Source: the human T2T-CHM13v2.0 reference genome, Homo sapiens | DNA: 64,000 bases | Direction: 5' to 3' (one strand) | Assembly (NCBI RefSeq): GCF_009914755.1 | Contig: NC_060927.1 | Part shown: one piece after another, positions 55,101 to 64,000 of the stretch | How positions within the stretch are numbered: position 1 is the stretch's first letter | Layout of the letters: the number at the start of each line of letters is the position of its first letter | Program-made: the position numbers and the translations under genes | Notes under the pieces: generated by a model | Database searches by the model: none | Told to the model about the DNA's origin: nothing | What the model saw: the letters and a program-made list of their open reading frames with translations, nothing else

Positions 55101-55806
55101 TGTGGCAGGCCAATTCTCCCTGGCTATCACACAGACAGGCCTGCATGACAGTCACACAGACAGGCCTGCATAGCAACCCAGTTACACAGACAAATTTCCA
55201 CTGCGCTGCCTTCACATTGAGCAAATAGTTAAACCTAGGGAAATCGGTGCCCAGACATCAAAGCTAGAAATGAAACACATGGTCAGTAGGAGGCTTGCAT
55301 GGGCTTCTCCTTCGCTGGAGCAAGCCAAAATAATAAACAGTTTTACATTCCCAGTGCCAGGACCTGTCTTGGGTCAACAAAATCTGAGACAAGTCAAGGT
55401 AACAGAGGCAGCTGTTTGAATAGATTCAATGGAGAGTCTAAGGCAGCTCTCCAGACCAAGCTGTAAAGGAGATAAGATAGAAATAATCACTGCAGTACCA
55501 CAATAGGCAGGCCTTGAATGTACTGGGGCCCTTTTAATCGGACTTAGCAAGCATTTTTTGCCTCTGACCTAGTTGGAACAAAATTAGTTACCAATAGACT
55601 TAGGCGAATGCTATGCTATAGGTACATAACCCCAATCTATATAAGGACTAAGAAAATTGTAACACTTTGAGTTGGTCTAGTGGAATTACCTCTGGCCTTC
55701 TCACTGTATCCAGTTACAGTAATAAATTCCCTTCTTCCTAGTTTGTCTGCTTCTCATTATTGGGACTTGAGAAAATGCAGCCGGACCCGGCTTCGTTCCA
55801 GGAACA
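55101..55806 (+). mobile_element. MER50-like ERV1 solo LTR
   Basis: TG...CA ends, cacacagacaggcctgcat repeats, TATATAA near 55637, AATAAA near 55721, 4-bp TSD ctgg/ctag. Confidence 0.82.
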
Positions 55807-57028
55807 CTAGCAGGAATGTAAAATGGTATAACCACTCTGAAAAACAATTTGACAGGTTCTTAAACAGTTACACAAACACTACCATATGATCCAGCCATTC
55901 CATTCCTAGGTATTTTACCAAGAGAAAAGAAAGCATATGTCTACACAAACACTGTACATTGATGTTCATAACAAATTAATTTATGATAATCGAAAGCTGG
56001 AAACAACCTAGCTGTCCATCAACAGGTGAATGAATAAACAAACTAGTATATCTGCACAATGGAATTCTCCTCATTAATGAAAATGAACCCACTACATTCA
56101 ATAGTAGTTGATTCCTACTGCAACATGAATGAATCTCAATATAAGTATGCTGACTGAAGAAGAACAATTAACAAAGAGTACATACTGTATGATTGCTTCC
56201 TATAAAATGCTAGAAAATGAGAACATAGAATATAGAGACAGAAAGCAGATCGGTCATTGCCTTGGGTTAGGGGTGAGGGAGGGAGAGGTGACAGGACAAG
56301 ATTGCAAAGGGGCGTGATGGCTATCCTCAATATCTTGATTGTGGTGATGGTTTCATGGGTGCACGTTTACATCAAAACTTAGGAAATTGTACTCTTTAAA
56401 TATGCACTGCTCATCTTCTGTCAATTATACTTTAATAAACCATTTTTATAACCTAAAATCTACATCTCAAATACTGCCTTCTCATTTAGTGGGACTTTGC
56501 CCCATACACCCTCCTCATCACATGCTTCTCATGTCAGAGTTAGTAAATACTACATACAAACAAGAAGAGGAGTTATGCAACTGGGAAGCACTTGGACACT
56601 CATCTCCAGAAAGGGTGAAGACCAATAATCTACCACAACCATATCTCAGTGGGTATATACAAAATTCCAGTTCAAGATAAGGTCACATACATTATACCTA
56701 ACAAGTCTGGATGGAGACATAGCTTCAGAAAGACAGAATAGGCCAAGAAGAACCTAGATGCAAGGTGTTAATGAGAAAACCAAAGGCAATGACCAACATG
56801 AAAAATGGAGCCAACAAGAGTCATGCAAAAAAGACAGATCCAAGTCTACTGAATGGGGCTCAGGTCTAATTACATTAGTATTACAGTGTCTGCAAATTTA
56901 CTTTAAAATACTTCATCAAGGTTATCATGATATTATGAGTTTATGCTTTAAATCTAGAGGCAGCCAGTTGCCCTGAGAATTCAAACTTTAAGGAAGATAA
57001 GCAGGTATTCTATTAGAAGTGCCATGCT

Positions 57029-58449
57029 CCATGGTACTGGTACCAAAACAGATATATAGACCAATGGAACAGAACAGAGACCTCACAAATAACACCACAC
57101 ATCTACAACCATCTGATCTTCAACAAACCTGACAAAAACAAGCAATGGGGAAAGGATTCCCTATTTAATAAATGGTGCAGGGAAAACTGGCTAACCAACT
57201 GCAGAAAACAGAAACTGGACCCCTTCTTTACACATTATACAAAAATTAACTCAAGATGGATTAAAGACTTAAATGTAAAACTCAAAACCATAAAAACCCT
57301 AGAGGAAAACCTAGGCAATATCATTCAGGACATAGGCATGTGCAAAGACATCGTGGCTAAAACACCAAAAGCAATTGCAACAAAAGCCAAACTTGAAAAA
57401 TAGGATCTAATTAAACTAAAGAGTTTCTGCACAGCAAAAGAAACTATCATCAGAGTGAACAGGCAACCTACAGAATGGGAGAAAATTTTCGCAGTCTACC
57501 CATATGACAAACATCTAATATCCAGAATCTACAAGGAAATTAAACAAATTTACAAGAAAAAAAACAATCCCATCAAAAAGTGGGCAAAGGATATGAAGAG
57601 ACATTTCTCAAAAGAAGACATTTATGTGGCCAATAAACATGAAAAAAAGCTCATCATCACTGGTCACTAAAGAAATGCAAATCAAAACCACAGTGAGATA
57701 CCATCTCACTCCAGTAAGAATGGCGATTATAAAAAAGTCAGGAGACAATAGATGCTGGCGAGGCTGTGGAGAAATAGGAACACTTTTACACTGTTGGTGG
57801 GACTGTAAACTAGTTCAACCACTGTGGAAGACAGTGTGGCAATTCCTCAAGAATCTAGAACCAGAAATACCATTTGACTCAGCAATCCTATTACTGGGTA
57901 TATACCCAAAGGATTATAAATCATTCTACTATAAAGACATATGCACATATGTTTATTGTGGCACTATTCACAATAGCAAAGACTTGGAACCTACCCAAAT
58001 GTCCATCAAAGATAGACTGGATAAAGAAAATATGGCACGTATACACCATGGAATACTATGCAGCCATAAAAAAGAATGAGATCATGTCCTTTGCAGGGAC
58101 ATGGATGAAGCTGGAAGCCATTATTCTCAACAAACTAACACAGGAACAGAAAACCAAATATCACATGTTCTCACTTATAAGTGGGAGTTGAACAATGAGA
58201 ACATATGGACTCAAGGAAGGGAGAAACACACACTAGAGCCTGTTGTGGGGTGGGGGACAAGGGGAGGGAGAGCATTAGGACAAATATGTAATCCATGCAG
58301 GATTTAAAACCCAGATGATGAGTTGATAGGTGAAGCAAACCACCATGGCACATGTATACCTGTATAAAAAACCTACTCGTTCTGTACATGTATCCCAGAA
58401 CTTAAAGTAAAATAAAAATAATAATAATCATCATCACACACACAAAAAA
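57029..58449 (+). mobile_element. 5'-truncated primate L1PA (L1PA7-L1PA10 range)
   Basis: ORF2 C-terminus with Cys-rich motif [26 protein letters not shown] (frameshifted), 3' UTR, and TSD agaagtgccatgct/agaaatgccatgct (57015-57028 and 58450-58463). Confidence 0.95.
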
Positions 58450-59700
58450 AGAAATGCCATGCTTCAGCAGTGACGACTACAAATGGTTATTGATTAATAT
58501 CAGATTGATCAATTGTAATGATTACCATATCATCAATATCAAATACTTTGCACATTAGCATAGCAAGTGTCATAAATGGATTTTTATTGGTGAAACTAGT
58601 GGCTTGTCTTATTGATGAAATGCCATGATCAATCTTAGTAATGGCTCTCATTGGTGAAATAACCAAGTGTAACAGACATGTGGCTTGGTTAAAGTTTTAG
58701 AGACACTCTGCCCTTCCATGAGGAGGAAATAGAACCTTGCAAAACCTGTATCCTTACGGTCTTGGAGACAACACCTATGTCCTGCTCTCCAAGGGGCCCG
58801 ATTTCAGCCATTAATTAAGAGAATTTCTCATTTTCTGATTCCAAGTATAAGGGTATATAATTCCTTCTGAGAATATAGTTTTGTCTGCCCTGAATAAACT
58901 TTTCATGCAAGGTGATGGTTGTGGCATCTAAATGCAGAGAGAACTGGGATTTCCTTAAATTTACATAATAGGTTGTGAGAACAGATTATATCTACTTTCT
59001 AATTAGTTTGTTTAATAAGTGAGGAATCCAGAAGCTATCACCCCAGAATGGCATCAATGCCAAGAGTTCTCTTATATTCCAGTTTCTTCAACCCTCTATG
59101 GATAGAACAACTTAAAATTACTACTTCCAAATCCCATTTTCTAGAGGGGAAGAAACTATGTTAGGCTTTTACTGTTCTAAGGATGGTAGACAGCAGCTTG
59201 CCAGAGGGCCGTTCACTCAGTTGACAAAGGTGTATTAAGCACCTACCATGGGCTAGACACTGTGAATTAGTAGCTTGGTTAGTCATCGGGTTGGGGCCAG
59301 ATGAGGCAGTGAAGGGCCACATCTCCAACAAGACCCTCCACTAGGGAAGAATGGGAAAGACAGAATGAAAAAGTAACTCTTATGCATGAGGAGCTGTATA
59401 TCAAGGAAACTAGAGAAGAAAATTGAGACTCCTGATACCTACGAAACTGTGATTCTATCAGTGAAACTTGGCAATGGAAGTCCTGTTGTTAACATCATAT
59501 GGACTGTGATCTAGTATGCATATACCCTCATCCTGGCCAGCATCCCTACATCCTATAACAAAGGTGATTCTTCAGATGGCTGTAGGTCCCTTGGGTTACT
59601 ATGCCAAAGTTCCATCTTCAAAACATTTCTGACATTACATTATTTGCTCAAATCTTGGTATATTTGAAAGTTTTCCATAATAAATTTTTTGTGGTTTTGT

Positions 59701-59999
59701 TGTTTTTTTTTTTTTTTTTTTGAGACAGAGTCTCGCTCTGTTGCCCAGACTGAATGGAATGCAGTGGCGTGATCTCGGCTCACTGCAACTTCCACCTCCC
59801 GGGTTCAAGCGATTCTCCTGCCTCAGCCTCCTGAGTAGCTGGGATTACAGGCAGCTGCCATCATGCCTGGCTAATTTTTTTGTATTTTTAGTAGAGATGG
59901 GGTTGGCGGGGCTGGTCTGAAACTACTGACCTCAAGTGATCTGCCCACCTCGGCCTTCCAAAGTGCTAGGATTACAGGCATGAGCCACCACGCCCAGCC
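59701..59999 (-). mobile_element. AluS
   Basis: T-tract then gagacagagtctcgctctgttgcccag...gagccaccacgcccagcc. Confidence 0.94.
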
Positions 60000-60559
60000 C
60001 ATAAGAAGGTATTTTTAAATCTTGGAATGCAAGAGGTTATCAGGCTTCACATGAACTTTCCCAGAGGTGAGAGACTACCACTGCATAAAGCTTACATTGA
60101 GCTGAAACTGAACTTCCTATAATGTCCACCAGTTGATCAGAGTCCTTTCCTGTGACGTACATAAAAGTAATCTTCACACAAAAGTAAATCTCTCAAAAAG
60201 AGGACCCTCCAGATAGGAAGACTGTTATTAATTTACTACCCAAAATGGGGACAAGTTTGAAAATAAAAAGTGGTGCTAAAATAATTGAAATATTATAATT
60301 TGAAATTTATATTTATTAATCAAATATCAGTTTTTAATATACTGGGGGGTTTATTTAAAAGTTATAATTCAAGAGCATTTTCCAAAATAAGTTTCTGTCT
60401 AAAAAAGTAAAAATAACACATGTGGAACAGATGCTAAGCCAGATGAGACACTGGGAACCAGGCATGAATGGGGAATGACCCAAGTGAAATCAAGCATATG
60501 GTCATGCTAGTTAATATGTCTCATCATCACTATCCTTGCTCAGGTTAAACATCCCAGTT

Positions 60560-60900
60560 CTTTGAATTGTTCTAACTTCTTCAGTATCCAATTTATTTCA
60601 TCTAACAATACCCACTTAAAACATGGCATCAAAAATAAAACCCAATATTCCTGATGCGTTTTGACCAGTGCATGTTACAATGAAGCCATCATCTCCATAA
60701 ATCCAAACATCATATTCTCTCAGTACTCCCTTTATACTGCAGCAGCCTCCCCAACAGCTGCATCCATACTGTTGGCTTTTATTCAGCTTGTAATCAACTG
60801 AAATATTTTGTCCCAAAGTGCTGCTAAACTGAGTCTTCCTCTTCATGAACATTCACAAAGAAGTTTATTTTCTAAATCTAAATTCAGGAATTATTTCTTG
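60560..60900 (-). mobile_element. CR1/L3 LINE remnant (likely continuing at about 60040-60230 and 61480-61640)
   Basis: Minus-strand translation VDYKLNKSQQ resembles the CR1 ORF2 C-terminal motif VDxKLNMSQQC. Confidence 0.65.
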
Positions 60901-61017
60901 TTAGTTTCAGGTGATTATTGTAGACTCTTAATATAGTTTTTAATGAACAGCTTGTCATGCAATATATTATCTGTTCTTCTAATTTTTTTGTCACATCCAA
61001 AATTTGTTAAGCAAATT

Positions 61018-61419
61018 ACATATGTGTATATATATCTTACGTATCTTACATATATATGTGTATATATGCATATATGTGTGTGTATATATGTGTGTATATA
61101 TGTATATGTGTATATATGTATATATGTGTATACATATGTGTGTGTATATATATACGTATATATGTATATACGTATATATATACACACACATATGTATATA
61201 TATACACACACATATATACAATATATACATATATACAATATATACATATATACATATATACACATATACACATATATACACATATACACATATACACACA
61301 TATACACATATACACATATATACACATATACACATATACACATATACACATATATACATATATCATATATATATACATATATATACATATATACATATAT
61401 ATACACATATATACATATA

Positions 61420-61468
<49 letters not shown>
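61018..61468. repeat. Compound alternating purine-pyrimidine tract (TA/TG then TA/CA, ending in pure CA)
   Basis: About 450 bp of tatatgtg- and tatacaca-type units. Confidence 0.98.
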
Positions 61469-62349
61469 GTCTTTCACCCAAATCTTAAATCAAAATATTT
61501 AGCAGAACAGGGCCCAAGCTAGACTACCACTAGGAACTGGTTGATCCATTTAGTAACAGCTCTTTAACCAGGTAAGGAACCACCTAACCATGCTCACATT
61601 GAGCCCATATTTCTACATCTAATCCCAAAGAACATTATGAGAGATATTAAACAAACCAGAGACTTCCCTTTGAATGGAAGATGATAGAATCCTGAAAGTA
61701 ATTTTCCAAACCATTTACCGTGATAGACAGTCTACCCATAACTGTCTTGTAAAGCAACCTGAAGGTTTTCCAGTAGTGAAAGACACCAGTTGTACAGAGT
61801 TCACCACACAACCCAACAGCTCAGCCCTCAACGTCTAAGTGCTGCCTGGTGAAAGTACAACCCAGAAGCAAAAGGGGAAAGCACATGAAGTGTATTTTGG
61901 TAACCAAGTTCTGTGATTCAGTACAGATGTTACATCCTCCATGCTCTTCTGTGGAGCATCTTGGTCTCACTGATGGGCCAGTCTGAGTTTTTCCTATCCA
62001 AGGTTCACATTGAAGCTAAGTTGAAAAGCTGTGGCAGGGATCCACAGTGACTCAACAGGAGGGGTTAACTTAAGCCAAGCATGGACAAGCAGAGAACTAG
62101 GGCCAAGAGAAACCTCTGATGAGGTGTGGCAGAGTATGACTTCAACTGCTAAAAGCAGAGGAGAGGACACCATTAATCTCTACGACATACGTTAACAACA
62201 GCAACAAACATTCACTAAATAAAACCCAAAATGTCCAGAATCTGAATTACCCTGAAGACACCACAGTAGTCTCCATAACAATTTTTTCAAAGCAAAGTAC
62301 AACTGTTTGAATTCAGAGATTATGAAGGAAGTGTGATCCAGAGAAAATG

Positions 62350-62570
62350 TACATCTGGTCTGAAATGAAGTTCCAGTTTCTTCACTTAAGTGTTAAGTGA
62401 TTTAGAGTTTGTCATCTACTTTTCCCAAGCCTCAGCCTTATTACCTATAAATGGAGTCCTTTGTTCATGCCATGCCATGTTACAAAAAAGGAACTAAACC
62501 AACTAAAGGCAACTGTTACTCTGCCAACCTCACAGAGTGGTCGTAGAGATCAATGTGAAAATACAAATAA
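62350..62570 (+). mobile_element. MIR fragments
   Basis: aagcctcagccttattacctataaatgg and caacctcacagagtggtcgtagagatcaatg. Confidence 0.5.
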
Positions 62571-62665
62571 AAACTCCATATAAATATGTACCCTTATGAT
62601 AATTAGCCATAATATTAAAATTTTATATTTTGTTAATCTGATTAAAGATTTATCTTAAAGGTTAT

Positions 62666-62689
62666 GATAGATAGATGATAATGATGAAG

Positions 62690-62747
<58 letters not shown>

Positions 62748-62756
62748 CAGATAGAT
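62666..62756. repeat. (GATA)n tetranucleotide STR
   Basis: About 14 pure GATA units at 62692-62747 with degenerate flanks. Confidence 0.97.
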
Positions 62757-63629
62757 GAGAGAAAGATGATAGACACAGATATATTTATAAGAGCAGGAAG
62801 CTATATTTACTACATGCTGTCACTGAAATTTTCTCATAGAATAACAAAAATTTACACTTGGAATACAATTTTGCACACAGCCTTATCTTACAGATGAGCA
62901 AATTTGAGTTTAGCTGTGTTAAAATGATCTGTTTAATGTCAAGTTAGAAAAAAAAACACTAAGGCTAAATTCCAGATTTCCACTCAGTCCTATGTTCATT
63001 TCACTACACTAGGATGCTAATTCTGTTAATAATGACAATATCAGAATATTCAGTTCAGACTGTCACTATTCAAAAGATAAACAAAACTATCACCTTTACA
63101 ATACTGCCAAGATACATCACAGAACATAACTTGGTGTGAGATTGCATTAATGTGTAATTTTCTCTACTCTCCTTTTCTCTTCCATGGGCCAGAACATGGC
63201 TTCATACTATTGAAAACAATGGTCTGGAAAGGCACTACCAATCCATCAGAGATGGCAAGTTGAATGGAATTATTTACACCTCTTAGGTATATTGGAAAGA
63301 TATGGAATGAAAAACAGGAAACTTGAATTCTGGTTCAATTCCTGCAACTCCCTAGCCATGTCACATCAGGCAGGCAAGTTATGGGTACTTCCCCATTGGT
63401 AAAATGAGGATTGGGACTACCTGACCCATTTCCAGTTCAGATATCCTTTACTTCTACAACTAACATATACAGCCAGCATAAAAGAAAGGTAAAATAAATA
63501 AGATTACAACTGTTAAGGATAAAAGTGTGTACTGAGAGAAAAGAAAATTATCTCAACAGGTATACTTGTGATTTGTAATATTTCCTTATTATTGAATCAG
63601 ATGATTACCAATATAACAACAACTATAGT

Positions 63630-64000
63630 TTATATTAGTTAGAGTATGCCAAACGCCTGTAACGAATTCCAAAAGACTCAAATACCCATAAGTTTATTCC
63701 TCTTTCACAAAAATGCCCGTGTGGCAAGTGTCTCTCCTCCACATGGTCATTCAGAGACCCAGGCTGATAGGGGGATCTATGTTTACAACTTCCAAGATCA
63801 ACCTAGTCATTGCCTTTGCAGCTCATTGCAAGAAGGAAGAATATGTATGGACGGCACATTCATCAACTTAGGACTTGGCCCAGAAGTGTTATACCTCACT
63901 TCCTCCTGCATCCTAACGAAGAGAAATAACCCATGTGGCTATATATAACTTCAAGGAGGTTTGGAAAACTTAGTCTTCAGCTGACCAGCCACATTTCCAG
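63630..64000 (-). mobile_element. Old MLT1 (J/K-like) LTR
   Basis: ctcctccacatggtcattcagagacccaggctga and cttggcccagaagtgttatacctcacttcc. Confidence 0.65.

Noticed and set aside
57455-58307. ORFs with a recognisable Cys-rich protein motif
   Set aside because: Frameshifted C-terminal pieces of L1 ORF2 in a 5'-truncated L1PA. Neither a gene nor an active element.
60915-61522. Six long ORFs (122-188 aa) on both strands
   Set aside because: They are translations of the TA/TG/CA microsatellite (Y/I/C/V/H/T repeats), which simply lacks stop codons.

Overview
Primate (human-like) non-coding genomic DNA, AT-rich and CpG-poor, dominated by interspersed repeats: Alu J/S/Y, old and primate L1, L2, MIR, CR1/L3, MaLR/ERVL/ERV1 solo LTRs, and hAT/Tigger MITEs. 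I find no intact protein-coding gene, RNA gene or CpG island. The supplied ORFs are repeat-derived or chance frames. The only gene-derived sequence I recognise is a processed RAN pseudogene (about 30945-32351, + strand, with polyA signal, A-tail and a degenerate 17-bp TSD), split by an MST-type LTR. Other structures worth follow-up are a perfect 60-bp tandem duplication beside a candidate non-coding exon, an ~250-bp ~87%-identical direct repeat bracketing an LTR33, a strong CTCF motif, a perfect 34-bp-arm palindrome in a 450-bp alternating purine/pyrimidine tract, and a STAT/NF-kB motif cluster. I see no convincing evidence of a new biological system. Repeat subfamily names come from remembered consensus features, not a database search, and boundaries without a TSD are approximate.
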